From NCBI RefSeq assembly GCF_020745735.1, contig NC_083445.1, forward strand, positions 2,604,001-2,668,000: a stretch of DNA of 64,000 bases, written 5' to 3'. The position numbers and the translations under genes were made by a program. A model generated the notes under the pieces. It had not been told where the DNA came from, made no database searches, and was given only the letters and a program-made list of their open reading frames with translations. The stretch comes from Hemiscyllium ocellatum. Lineage: Eukaryota. Of the stretch, positions 26,490-38,433 are shown piece after piece. Numbering within the stretch: the stretch's first letter is position 1; the number at the start of each line of letters is the position of its first letter.

Positions 26490-27320
26490 AGAGTGGCTGT
26501 AAGTTTGCTCACTGAACTGGAAGGTTTCACTTCAAACATTTTATCACCAGGCTAGATAACATCATCAGTGAGCCTCAGTTGAAGCGCTGGTGTTCTGTCC
26601 CGCTTTCTATTTACGTGTCTGGGTCTGTTGTGGTGGGTGATATCATTTCCAGATCTTTTTCTGAGAGGTTGGCGAATGGGGTCCAAATTGATATGGTGCC
26701 CAAATGGTGTCCCTCTTCACTGTGAGGATACTAGTGACAGTTGGTCATGCTTTTGTTTTGGTCAAAAGACCAACTATCACCTTACACAGATAAAGAGGGA
26801 CACCAGTTCGACTGGGACAATACATCCATCCTGGGACAGGGCAAAGAGACACGCCTGGGAATTCCTAGAGGCCTGGCATTCAAACTACTTAACTAATCAA
26901 CGTAGTGATTTGGACCCCATTTACCAACCTCTCAGAAAAAGAACTGGAAATGATATCACCCACCACAACAGACTAAGTTAAAAATCACACAACACCAGGT
27001 TATAATCCAACAGGTTTATTTGGAAGGACACTAGCTTTCAGAGAACTACAACTACCTGATGAAGGAGCAGCGCTTCCAAATAAACCTGTTGGACTATAAC
27101 CTGGGGTTGTGTGATCTTAACTATGTCCTCCCCAGGCCAACATCAGCATCGCCAAATCACAACAGACCAAGACATGCAAATAGAAAGCGGGACAGAACAC
27201 CACCTCTTCACCGACAGCTCACTGATGATTTTACCAAGCATGGTGATGAAATGTCAGAATCTCCGACTTCAGTGAGCAAACATACAACCTAAACCACAAT
27301 CTGAGCTACAAATCTTGACT
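26490..27320. mobile_element. PLE fragment of a different family with long inverted termini and two decayed hammerheads
   Basis: About 26495-26690 is the reverse complement of about 26910-27290 (once the nested insert is removed). GIY-YIG tail 'HAWEFLEAWHSN...DLDPIYQPLR'. CTGATGA-ttTTACCA-agca-TGGTGAt-GAAAT-GTC at about 27222-27255 (+), with a minus copy at about 26535-26570. Confidence 0.75.
26978..27157. mobile_element. Small fold-back PLE terminus (third family) nested in the PLE above, 14-bp TSD
   Basis: CACAACAGACTAAG (26964-26977) and CACAACAGACCAAG (27158-27171); inverted arms around CTGATGAAGGAGCAGCGC (hammerhead with the GAAA box deleted). Confidence 0.75.
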
Positions 27321-27414
27321 AAAATTGCAAGAGAGCACAAGAAAAACAGAGTGAGCAGGCACCAGAGAATATAAGATCTGCCATAATCTCGTTAAATGCT
27401 GGAGCACACAAATT

Positions 27415-27705
27415 AAGATTCCCTACAGTGTGAAAACAGGCTCTTCTGCCCAAGTCCACACTGACCCTCTGAACAGCAACCCAGCCAGGCCCATTCCCCA
27501 ACCTTCTATTTACCCCTGACTAATGCACCTAACACTATGGACAATGTAGCATGGCCAATTCACCTGACCTGCACATCTTTGGATTATGAGGGGAAATCGG
27601 AGCACCCAGAGGAAACCCACACAGATACGGGGAGAATGTGTGGAGTTTGCACAGTCACCTGAGGCAGGAATCGAACCCGGATCCCTGGTCACTGAGCCAC
27701 CGTAC
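27415..27705 (-). mobile_element. HE1-type SINE (older subfamily)
   Basis: Diverged A/B boxes, V-domain and CR1-like tail. Confidence 0.85.
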
Positions 27706-28159
27706 ATCCACTTGATGGGCTGAACAGCCTACTGCTGCTCTGCATCTTATGAACAACTCCAGAATGAAAGCAAGGTTTGCTTTCTCCTTGTTGCATCTCA
27801 CCAATCTGTCAAAAATCTATCCAGAAACTTCACACAGGTAGAGCAGAAAGAGCAAACAGTGCTTGAGTGATTTGAATGATTGAGTAAATATGATTAAGAT
27901 CAATGAAGACAGGCTTTAAATAATAAAACCACATCTTTAAAATAGGTGACTGAGAACAAACCAGGTGAGTTGCCAGGATCAGAGTTTAATACAGAACAGG
28001 GATTCAATTCCAAAGCAGCAAAATGGAAGACAGCTGTAAACATACTCCCCCTGACCAAGAACATTCACACTCTTTAACCCATTCACAGCTGCTCTTTTTT
28101 GGAAACTCTACATTTCAGGGATACTGCAGGAGATAAGGAAGGATAGGCACTGCACAGGT

Positions 28160-28740
28160 ATAGTCATAGAGATGCACTGCACAGAAACAGACCCTACGGC
28201 CCAAATCGCCCATGCCAACAAGATAGCCTCAATTAATCAAGTTCTGCTTGCCAGCATGTGGCCCATATCCTTCTAAACCCTTCCTATTCATATACCCATC
28301 CAGATACTTTTAAATACTAATTGTACCAGCCTCCGCCACTTCCTCCGGCAGCTCATTCCATGCATGCACCACCCTCTGTGTAAAAAATGCTGCCCCTGAG
28401 GTCCCTTTTAAATCCTTGCCCGCTCTTCCTAATCCTTTACCCTCTCATTCTGGGCTCCCTCAACCCAAAGAAAAGGTCTTGTCTACTTATCCTATCCATG
28501 TCTTTAACGTGTTCAGGAAAAACAGCCCTTGCCTATTCAGCCTCTCTCTATAGCTCATATCTTCCAACCCTGGCAACATCCTGATAAATCTTTTCTGAAC
28601 CCTTTCAAGTTTCACAACAATAAGAGGGAGACCAAAATTGCACACAATATTCCAAAAGTAGCCTAACTAATGCCCTGTACAGCTGCAACATGACTTCCCA
28701 ACTCTTGTACTCAATATTCTGAACAAAGCAAAGCATCCCA
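28160..28740 (-). mobile_element. CR1 3' fragment
   Basis: Reverse complement of the CR1 3' end seen at 8300-8940, including the ATGACTAT tail. Confidence 0.85.
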
Positions 28741-29079
28741 AATTAACTCGGAGAATTGAAGAAACTGGACAGGAGGGGTAGAATGAGGAGTCAGGATTAA
28801 ACCCAGTGGGAAGTCAAACTATGGCAGCAAAACTGGAGTGGTTGAAATGCATGAGTCACTTGATGAATGAGCTGCGAATGTTTTGATCTGCATCCTGCAT
28901 GTCAAGTCATGGAACACTCGAGAAAAAGATACGTAGTTTTTGCACCTGGCAGCACAATGATTGCTTGCACTAGTTTTGTAAGTAACAGCTCGAATCTACA
29001 TGAACATCTGTGACCTGGTTTTATATTTTTAGAATGGCTTCATATTGACATTTTAAGAAATACTGCGAACAAGTTTAAA

Positions 29080-29870
29080 ACAACACTTGACAGCACAATG
29101 CTCAGCACCATTGGCAACTGCTCAGATACCGAAGCAATCTGCGTCCACACACAGCAAGACCTGAACAATAACCAGGCTTGCACTGTTAAGTGGCAAGTAA
29201 CATTAAGTAACATACAAGTGCCAAGAAATTACCATCTCCAACAAGATAGAATCTAAATATCTGCCCTTGGCATTCAATGGCATCTCCATCACTGAATTCC
29301 ATCCTAGGAATTACAACTGATCAGAAACTGAACTGGACTAGCCATAAAAAAGCTACAAAAACAGGTCAGAGGCAAGGAATCCTGCAGCAAGTAACTCACC
29401 TCCTGACTCCCGAAAACCACTCCAACATCTACAAGGTACAAGTCAGGAGTGTGACGGAATTCTCCCCTCTTGCTCTGGTTCCTCCTCTCTTGTTCCAACA
29501 ACACTCAAGAAGCTCGACACCATCCAAGACAAAGCAGCCTGCTGAATCAGATTCCCATTCCCCACCTTCAACATCCAGTCACTTAATCATCGACGCTCAG
29601 TGATACCAATGCATACTAGCTATGGGATGCACTGCAGAAATTCACCAAGGCTCCTCAGGCAACACCTGCCAAACTGATGACCACGTCCATCTACAAGGTC
29701 AAGGAACACCACTTGCAAATTCAAGCCACGTACCATCCTGACTTGGAAGTATAATCACAGTTCCTTCAGTGTCACTGAATTAAAATCTTGGAACCCCACC
29801 CTAATGGCACGGTGGGTGTCCCAAATAAACTGCAGTGGTTTAAGGCAGCAGCTCACCACCATCTTCTGTT
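29080..29870 (+). mobile_element. 3' fragment of a second non-LTR family ('family B', CR1/L2 superclade)
   Basis: ORF 29277..29603 'ILGITTDQKLNWTSH...IYKVQVRSVTEFSPLA'. Related pieces at about 20120-20390 (+), 21520-21569/23262-23500 (+), 25890-26400 (-) and 63310-64000 (-). Confidence 0.75.
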
Positions 29871-30259
29871 CGAGGAAAGCATCATATTAAAAACCCTTCC
29901 ACTTATTACAATAATGGAGGTTAATCATTAGGAACTACACAGGGATTAATCATAAACCTGACAGACTGGATGATCTACATTTGATGCACAGTACAAATCA
30001 CAACAGTATCAAAAGCCTAACGTCCTTGGTTGGAGTTCAAGACTTGGTGAAGCTGAAGTAAAGACAACCTTGGTATTGAAAATTCATCTCCGACAACCCT
30101 TGTACATGCAGTGACAAAAATGAGAAACAGGCAACTAGTTGTTTATTGAAATTAAGACTGAAAATAGAGTGGCAAACTCCAAAAAGCAACAGTACAAAGA
30201 GAAAAATGCAAACGGTACACAGACTGTCTAACTTCAGCTTGGCTCTTATTTTCTCAACT

Positions 30260-30455
30260 CGGAGTTAGTCTAGCTCAATTGGCTGAAAGACTAGTTTATG
30301 ATGCAGGGTGATGCCAACAGGGTTGAAGTTACCATGAAGGACTCTCCTTCTCCCCTCACCTCAGGCAGACTGACCATCAAGCTAAACCACCATCAGTCAT
30401 TTTGCTCTGGTGGGAGAGCAGCCAATGGCCTGTTAAGACTATGGCAACTTTACAA
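30260..30455 (+). mobile_element. Degenerate tRNA-headed SINE of another family
   Basis: TAGCTCAATTGG A-box-like head; short length; ends GACTATGGCAACTTTAC. Confidence 0.45.
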
Positions 30456-31579
30456 TGAATAAGACAGCACAAAGCTCACACTGAGATATTAACAGGTTTA
30501 AGGTACCTTCAATGGAGCAAAACATAAGGAAAATCTGACAACGAATCATGAGATACAGGGTCAGTGAACCTAAAGTTTGGTCAAGAGGAACATTTTCAGA
30601 AGATGTTTTTTCAGGACAGAGATGGAGGTGTTTAGCAAGGAAGTTCCAGGGCTTCAGTACAGAATCCTGAAGACAACAAATGTTAGTGCTTGAATGATGA
30701 AAATAGGAGATTACGCGAGAATTATCTTTTTTTAATGACAGATTATTTCACTGGAGAGGTCTTCAGGACAAACTGGACAACACTGGTGATTCACTATTAT
30801 ACATTACAGCTCTTTCAAGAGAAAAACAATGGAAATCAAATATTAAAATTCAAAGTTTTCCACATTCTCATGGAACCGTGGAAATGCAGACAAACTTAGA
30901 ACAAATTGGTCAGAATCTCAATTCTGCTATTAGGCAATGGATATCCTTATATTATGTCCTGACAAATACACATGCACCAACCTATCAAATTAGCATTCAC
31001 ACAACTCACATCTGCTTGCTTGTAACTTCACAATTTTCTGTATGCAGCTCATGCATATTTTATCTCCTCGCTTCCAAATATGCAATTACAACTTTTTGAA
31101 GCATCAATTAACGAGGAATTCCACCTTCTTTTTACACTCGGTCAAGAATGAACCCTTTCTTGCAGTTACTAAAGAGGAATGGACACAACTCCACCTTCCT
31201 TTGCTCCTGACAGAGTAACAGCCACTAGGTTCCTGCTCCATGCATTCTCTTGACTTCTACATGAAACTCATCGCTGCTGTTCAGTTCAGTTCAGTTTCTG
31301 GTATTGCCTTGAGTCTGCTGCTTCTTCTTTAATCTCTAAGGAGCAGTGGAAGTGAAAAGGCAACTCTTTTTTTTAAATTTACAGGCTGGGGGGCTTTACT
31401 GGCTCACATTTATTACCAATCTTTCATTACCCAGAGGGCAGTTAAGGGACAGCCACATTGCTGTGGGTCTGGAGTCTCCTGAGTCAGACCAGTTAAGGAC
31501 AGCAGGTTTCTTCCCTATAGGACATGAGTGAACCAGATTAAGTTTCCTGACAATCAGTTTCATAGACATCATGAGACTC

Positions 31580-31925
31580 TTAGAACATGGAACATTACAG
31601 CTCAGTACAGGCCTTCGGCTCTCAATGTTGCATCAAACTGCGGAACCAATCTGAAGCCTATCTATCCTACACTATTCCATTTTCATCCATATGTTTATCC
31701 AATGACCATTTAAATGCCCTTAAAGTTGGCGAGACTACTATTGTTGCAGGCAGTGCATTCCATGCCCCCTACTACTGAGTACTACTTCTGACATCTGTCC
31801 TGTATCTATCACCCTCAACTTAAAGTTATGTCCCCTCGTGCTCGCCATCACCATCCGAGGAAAAAGGTTCTCAGTCCACCCTAACTAATCCTCTGACCAT
31901 CACGTCTCAATTAAGTCACCTCTTT
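31580..31925 (-). mobile_element. CR1 3' fragment
   Basis: Minus-strand GCCGAAGGCCTGTACTGAGCTGTAATGTTC tail and WN.LP/FKRALD-like coding remnant. Confidence 0.75.
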
Positions 31926-32023
31926 GAGAAAGCAAGTAAGTTATGACCAAGTCCTCGGCGATGTATTGGTGTCTGAGTCCCCTGGGTTTTATAGAGGGGA
32001 AAAAAAATCAGCTAGCTAATTTG

Positions 32024-32323
32024 TGGGTGGCACAGTGGTTAGCACTGCTGCCTCACAGTGCCAGAGACCCGGGTTCAATTCCCGACTCAGGCGACAGACT
32101 GTGTGGAGTTTGCACGTTCTCCCCATGTCTGCGTGGGTTTCCTCCGGGTGCTCCAGTTTCCTCCCACAGTCCAAAGATGTGCGGGTCAGGTAAATTGGCC
32201 ATGCTAAATTGCCTGTAGTGTTAGGTAGGGGTAAATGTAGGGGTATGAGTGGGTTGCGCTTCGGTGGGTCGGTGTGGACTTGTTGGGCCGAAGGGCCTGT
32301 TTCCACACTGTAAGTAATCTAAT
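32024..32323 (+). mobile_element. HE1-type SINE
   Basis: A/B boxes, V-domain, tail CCACACTGTAAGTAATCTAAT. Confidence 0.92.
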
Positions 32324-32324
32324 T

Positions 32325-33010
32325 TCTGAACCAAACCACGAAATCACCCTCAATTCCATGCCTCCGTATTTTCTGCAATAGCCTACCATGGGGAACCTTA
32401 TCAAAAGCCTTACTGAAATCTATATACACCACATCTACCGCTTTACCCTCATCCACCTCCTCAGTCACCTTCTCAAAGAACTCAATTAGGTTTGTGACAC
32501 ACGACTTGCCCCTCACAAAACCATGTTGACTATCCCTAATCAACTTATTCCTTTCTCGATGAATCTAAGTCCTATCTCTTATAACCTTTTCAACACTTTA
32601 CCCACAATCAATCTAAGACTCAGTGGTCTATAATTACCAGGGTTGTCTCTTCTCCCCTTCTTGAAGGAGGGGACATTTGCTAACCTCCAGTCTTCTGGCA
32701 CTGTTCCTGTAGACAATGATGACATAAAGATCAAAGCCAAAGGCTCTGCAATCTCTTCCCTGGTTCTCCAGAGAATTTTAGGATAAATCTCACCTGCCCA
32801 GGGACTGAGCAATACTGGAAAGTGTGAAAACAGCTAACACCTCCTCCTTGTGAACCTCAATCTCATCTCGTCCAGTAGTCTGTACCTCAGTATTCTCCTT
32901 GACAACAGTGTCTTTTTCCAGTGTGAATATTGACAAAAAAATTCACCTCTGACTCCACGTACAACTTCCCACTACTATCCTTGATTGGCCCTAGTAATTC
33001 TTTTATTCCT
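32325..33010 (-). mobile_element. Internal CR1 RT fragment
   Basis: ORFs 32319..32543 (SQHGFVRGKSC...DFSKAFDKVPH) and 32579..32812 (VPEDWRLANV...NYRPLSL). Confidence 0.9.
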
Positions 33011-33312
33011 GATGTACTTAGAGAAAATTTTAATTTCAGATTTTTTTTTGTCAAAATTTCAAATCCCAATATGTTGCAGCAAAATTCAAACGCAGGTCAC
33101 CAGACGATGAGCTGGCTGCCTGCCTGGGTTAATAATCTAGCGATGTTAGCACTGGTCACTGCTCTATCATTTCAGATGGGAGAAAGGTTGAGATACCAAA
33201 CTTCCTGCTTCCTGTAAAATGCCCAGCGAGGACATGGGGGTTTTTAACTCAATCTTTAATCAGATGAATATTCAGATATGAATCTTCCATTGTTGAGTTC
33301 GGACTCTGTTTA

Positions 33313-33622
33313 TTAGATTAGATTAGACTTACAGTGTGGAAACAGGCCCTTCGGCCCAACAAGTCCACACCGACCCGCCGAAGCGCAACCCACCCATACC
33401 CCTACATTTACCCCTTACCTAACACTACGGGCAATTTAGCTTGGCCAATTCACCTGACCCGCACATCTTTGTGACTGTGGGAGGAAACCGGAGCACCCGG
33501 AGGAAACCCACGCAGACACAGGGAGAACGTGCAAACTCCACACAGTCAGTCGCCTGAGTCGGGAATTGAACCCGGGTCTACAGGCGCTGTGAGGCAGCAG
33601 TGCTAACCACTGTGCCACCGTG
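33313..33622 (-). mobile_element. HE1-type SINE
   Basis: Full copy with (TCTAA)n tail. Confidence 0.92.
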
Positions 33623-33754
33623 TTCTGAACCTAGAACTCACCATCATCAATTCAATAACCCATCAACTCAGGTCATGGGCCTCATGTTTTACCTGTGGGC
33701 CATATCACTGAATATCAGACTTCACCCTCACCCAATTCGCGCACAATAAATCCG

Positions 33755-34245
33755 GTACCCCTCCCCTAGCCTCACCCCTCACCCTGATCCCACATCCCAC
33801 TGCAACCCTCACCCCCCTCCGCCTCACACACGCACCCCCCACCCTCACCTCCTCCGCCTCACCCACACGCACACCCCCCCCCCTCAGCCTCACCCACACG
33901 CACCCCCCCTCCGCCTCACCCACACACACCCCCCCCACCCTCGCCCCCCCCCTCCGCCTCACCCACACGCACCCCCGCCACCCTCGCCCCCCCCGCCTCA
34001 CCCACACGCGCCTCACCCACACGCACCCCCCCCCACCCTCGCCCCCCCCCTCCGCCTCACCCCCCCCCGCCCCCCCCTCCGCCTCACCCCCCCGCCCCCC
34101 CCCCCTCCGCCTCACCCCCCCGCCCCCACCCCCCTCCGCCCCCCCCCCCCTCCGCCTCTCACCCCTCCGCCTCTCACCCCCCCGCCGCCTCTCACCCCCC
34201 CGCCCCCACCCCCCCCCCCCTCCGCCTCTCACCCCCCCCCCGCCC
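33755..34245. repeat. C-rich (G-rich on minus) degenerate tandem/low-complexity repeat at the start of intron 1
   Basis: Repeated CCCCCTCCGCCTCACCC(ACACGCA) units and long C runs. Confidence 0.9.
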
Positions 34246-34265
34246 GGAAGGCCTGTCCCTCCTAC

Positions 34266-34400
34266 CTGATCCCCGGGCCGCTCTCCCTCACTCTCCCCGC
34301 CGCTCCATGCCGGTACCGGGGGGGGGGGGCTCGCGATCGGCCGCTCGCTCCTTCTCTCACCGTCTGCCGCCGCTCCTCGCCGGAACTGACGACACAGACC
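34266..34400 (-). other. Probable non-coding first exon of an unidentified minus-strand gene
   Basis: GC-rich segment directly downstream of the promoter motifs ending in the donor CAG|GTAGG (intron starts 34265). Its only ATG opens a 5-codon uORF (MERRGE*). The TSS position is approximate. Confidence 0.6.
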
Positions 34401-34470
34401 CACCCACCAAGCTCCGCGCATGCTCGGCGAGCCCGCTGCATTCTGGGGGTTGTAGTCCACCGGGGAGCCT
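34360..34470 (-). promoter_or_regulatory. CpG-island housekeeping-type promoter with ZNF143/THAP11 (SBS), NRF1-like and ETS motifs
   Basis: Minus strand GGACTACAACCCCCAGAATGCA (about 34437-34458) matches the ACTACAAnnCCCAGnATGC composite motif. Also GCGCATGC (about 34416-34423) and CCGGAA (about 34380-34385), with dense CpG at 34270-34465. Confidence 0.8.
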
Positions 34471-34598
34471 GGCTTGAAGCTGTGGGGTCAGAGTTCAGTC
34501 CCAGCCCAGAAGCACATGCCCTGTCAGTGCCCACTGCCCTCACTGAGGAACCCCAGTTTCAAGGCTCATAGGGACCTAACTAAGGACACTTTCTACCC

Positions 34599-34680
34599 TG
34601 CAGCTCTGTGGGAGACCAGCAGGATCTGCTGGGTCACTGTGCAGCTCTGTGGGAGACCAGCAGGATCTGCTGGGTCACTG
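34599..34680. repeat. Perfect 41-bp tandem duplication upstream of the promoter
   Basis: TGCAGCTCTGTGGGAGACCAGCAGGATCTGCTGGGTCACTG x2; each unit contains the hairpin CCAGCAG-GAT-CTGCTGG. Confidence 0.9.
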
Positions 34681-34934
34681 TGTTGCTCTGTGGAATGGTG
34701 CCCCTCAAGTTAATGTCTCTGCCAACAAACACCCAGCTGTAAGAACTGACAGAAACTGGGCCTTTCTCTGTGTCAGCAGAAGAAAGAGACACTAGTGGTT
34801 TTACTAATTTATCACCATTTTTCATGATTTGTGGATTTTTTATTTCGTTTCATTACTGTTTAATATGTTTGCTCATTTTCTTCACAGAATGCAAACTTTA
34901 CACTTTGATGTTTACATTGATTTGACAATTTTAG

Positions 34935-35460
34935 AGTCAGTCAGCACCCTTCAGTCCCACTCTTGCATGCTAATCAGCCATCCCAATCTGACCTAGTCCC
35001 ATTTGCCAGCACTTGGCCCATATCCCTCCAAACCCTTCCTATTCATATACCCATCCAGGTGCCTTTTAAATGTTGTAATTGTCCCAGCCTCCACCACATC
35101 CTCTGGCAGCTCATTCCATACACGCATCACTCTCCATGTGAAAAAGCTCCCTTTTAGGTTTGTTATAAATCTTTCCCCTCTCACCTTAAACCTATGCCCT
35201 CGAGTTTTGGACTCCCCACCCCATAGAAAAGACCTTGTCAATTCACCCTATCTGTGCCCCTCATGATTGTATAGACCTCTATAAGGTCACCCCTCAGCTT
35301 CTTGCCACTCCAGAGCAAACAGCCCCAGCCTGTTCAGCATCTCCTGTTAGCTCTAACTTTCCTACCCTGGCAACATCCTTGTAAATCTTTTCTGCACTAT
35401 CTCAAGTTTAACAACATCTTTCCTATAGCAGGGAGACCAATGTCCTGTACAGCCACAACG
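34935..35460 (-). mobile_element. CR1 3' fragment
   Basis: ORF 34993..35241 (TRGHRFKVRG...WNELPE...FKRHLD). Confidence 0.88.
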
Positions 35461-35509
35461 ATATGCTAATTCAGCCAACCTCTGCTCAAAGAGGTACATC
35501 AACTGCTCT

Positions 35510-36402
35510 GGGGCGGCACGGTGGCTCAGTGGTTAGCACTGCTACCTCACAGCACCAAGGACCTGGGTTCAATTCCCGCCTCAGGTGACTGTCTGGATAG
35601 AGTTCGCACATTCTCCCTGTATCTGCATAGGTTTCACACAACATAGAACAGTACAGCACAGAACAGGCCCTTCAGCCCACGATGTTGTGCTGACCATTGA
35701 TCCTCATGTATGCACCCTCAAATTTCTGTGACCATATGTATGTCCAGGAGTCTCTTAAATGTCCCCAATGACCTCGCTTCCACAACTGCTGCTGGCAACA
35801 CATTCCATTCTCTCACAACTCTCTGTGTAAAGAACCCACCTCTGACATCCCCTCTATACTTTCCTCCAACCAGCTTAAAACTATGACTCCTCGTGTTAGT
35901 CATTTCTGCCCTGGGAAATAGTCTCTGGCTATTGACTCTATCTATGCCTCTCATTATCTTGTATACCTCAATTAGGTCCCCTCTTCTCCTCCTTTTCTCC
36001 AATGAAAAAAGTCCGAGCTCAGTCAACCTCTCTTCTTAAGATAAGCCCTCCAGTCCAGGCAGCATCCTGGTAAACCTCCTCTGAACCCTCTCCAAAGCAT
36101 CCACATCTTTCCTATAATAGGGCGACCAGAACTGGACGCAGTATTCCAAGTGCAGTCTAACCAAAGTTTTATAGAGCTGCAACAAGATCTCACGACTCTT
36201 AAACTCAATCCCCCTGTTAATGAAAGCCAAAACACCATATGCTTTCTTAACCATCCTGCGGGTTTCCTCCTGGTGCTCCGGTTTCCTCCCACAATCGAAG
36301 ATGTGCAGGTTAGGTGGATTGGCCATGCTAAATTGCCCAATCAGGGGAATGGGTCTGGCTCTTTGGAGGGCCTGTTTCCATGCTCTTGGGAATCTAATCT
36401 AA
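35510..36402 (+). mobile_element. HE1-type SINE split in two (35510-35635 and 36256-36402) by a CR1 insertion
   Basis: The 5' half ends ...CTGCATAGGTTTC and the 3' half resumes CTGCGGGTTTCCTCC (imperfect TSD). Confidence 0.85.
35636..36255 (-). mobile_element. 5'-truncated CR1 (second subfamily) inserted inside an HE1 SINE
   Basis: ORFs 36036..36326 and 35718..36026 (LEYCVQFWSP...LERVQRRFTR, FFTQRVV); the flanks are the two halves of one SINE. Confidence 0.88.
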
Positions 36403-37139
36403 TCTTTTAAAAAAATCTGAAATCCTTTATCTGTCAAACCATTCAAACAAAGAACCTCTGTACTATATTCAACACATTCACACCTTCCCCAGAGGGTGCT
36501 GCCAGGATCTGGGCACACTAGTTGGGGTTGGACTGATATTTTACTCAGGTTTCGCAGATTCACTGTATACCCACGAGGCGTTTGTATTTGATGCAAGGTT
36601 CCATGTGTTTCATTTATCTGCCTTGCACCTTCGGGTTTGGACACATACTCCTCCAATTCTGTCTGTTCTGGCAACCTCCTTAAAACTGCTTCCCTAAATT
36701 GTCTCCTCATCCTTCTCAAACCTTTTATATGTCATCTCAAAGGTTCACCATTTCTCTCTTCACAGTAGTACCAGAGTCGATTTTCCAACTGATCAGCAGC
36801 CTTTCCTTCTGCAGTATGAAGCGTTGTAATGATTTGAAATCGGGAATAATTGTTTGATGCTGATGAGTGGAGGACAGAAAGTTCAGGCAACATCTCCCTT
36901 TTCAGAAATATTCAAACCTTGGATCACCAAACCACAAGTTTGTGTTTATTCTGGTCAGCATCCACAAATATCTTATAGAACACTTTGACTTTTCACTCAC
37001 CAACCTTTAAATTTAGGAAACTTTTATGTGGAAAGCTTTTTTAAAAAAGTCAATGTTACCACTTTTGATTATCCCAACAACAATGTGTATTTATAGAGCA
37101 CCTTTGATGTGAGGAATGTCCCAAAGCACTTCCCAGGTC

Positions 37140-37298
37140 TGACTAAATCAGAAGTCACACAACACCAGTTTATAGTCTGATAAAAGAGCAGCGCTCTGAA
37201 AGTTTGTGATTTCAAATAAACCTGTTGGACTATAACCTGGGGATGTGTGACTTCTGACTTTGGCCAGCCCAGTCTAACACCGGCACCTCCACATCATG
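37140..37298 (+). mobile_element. PLE terminus (same family as 26978-27157) with a short inverted 5' piece and decayed hammerhead
   Basis: CTGATAA-AAGAGC-AGC-GCTCT-GAAAG at 37177-37202, followed by AAATAAACCTGTTGGACTATAACCTGG; 5' TCAGAAGTCACACAACACCAGTTTATAGTC is the inverted copy. Confidence 0.7.
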
Positions 37299-37376
37299 TC
37301 TAATTATGAAATCAAAGAAGTGGCAGTGGGGCCCTCTGGGGCAATGATGACGTATGAGGAAAGGTGATGAAATGTG

Positions 37377-37691
37377 GGTGGCACGGTGGCACAGTGGTTA
37401 GCACTGCTGCCTCACAGCGCCTGAGACCCGGGTTCAATTCCTGACTCAGGCGACTGACTGTGTGGAGTTTGCACGTTCTCCCTGTGTCTGTGTGTATTGC
37501 CTCCAGGTGCTCCGGTTTCCTCCCACAGTCCAAAGATGTGCAGGTCAGGTGAATTGGCCATGCTAAATTGCCCGTAGTGTTAGGTAAGGGGTAAATGTAG
37601 GGGTATGGGTGGGTTGCGCTTCGGCAGGTCGGTGTGGACTTGTTGGGCCGAAGGGCCTGTTTCCACACTGTAAGTAATCTAATCTAATCTA
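37377..37691 (+). mobile_element. HE1-type SINE
   Basis: Full copy with (TCTAA)n tail. Confidence 0.92.
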
Positions 37692-38433
37692 GACAGCAGA
37701 GGTTCAGCAGGGTCTGAGAGAATGGATGGAAGGTTTCATGGATCAAATTCCAGATTTCTACCCAGACATTGGAGAAAGGATGGAGAGATCCACAAGGGGT
37801 CAGAGCTGGGGGAACAGAAGGCTGGAGAGGATTATGTGCACCAGGAGGTTCCAGCAATGGGGAACAGTGACATGGTGGGAAGGACTGTCATTGAAACCCA
37901 CTGATTGGATTTGGTTGGAATGCCCTGCTAAAACACTCAGCTCGGAATGACAAATTCCATGGATTTGGAGGTATCTGAGAGCCAAATCTGAGCAAGATGA
38001 AAAATGTTGCAACAAGAACTAAATCACAGACCACTGAAGAATATTTTTCTACCTATTATTCTTCACATCCTTTCAAGAACTTTCAACAATTAAACTAAGG
38101 TTAAGTGGCTGCAGCATTCAGAAACAGAACCAGCTGGATGGTAGAAAACAAGATCTAAAAGAAATTGGCATGATTGTAATGTGGCTGGGGTGAAGGTCAG
38201 CCACTGCACACTGCAACAGACAGCAGTGACCTTGACCAACTCTGTGTGGGAAAGAAAGCAATTTGTTCAGAGGGAGAATGGATTCACAGAACTTAATGAG
38301 TGGAAACTGAAAGTTGATACTCAAGTTAATGCTTGAAACCATTAAAACTAGTCATTCGCAACATAGTCTGAAACAAAATCGACAAAAGCAGAAGCTGGAA
38401 AGTGAGATTGTGAAAACAGTCTTTCTCAAATGA

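Noticed and set aside
33705-34460. 251-aa Gly/Arg-rich ORF
   Set aside because: Read-through of a low-complexity G-rich repeat across a promoter and splice donor; no true ATG start at its 5' end.
37380-37450. tRNA genes at SINE heads
   Set aside because: A/B boxes are present but embedded in SINE bodies, without a complete cloverleaf or Pol III terminator.
37312-37668. Recurrent ORF 'DCGRKPEHPEETHADTGRTCKLHT' (also at 5579, 32016, 39068, 51259, 58534)
   Set aside because: Antisense translation of HE1 SINE copies, not a gene family.
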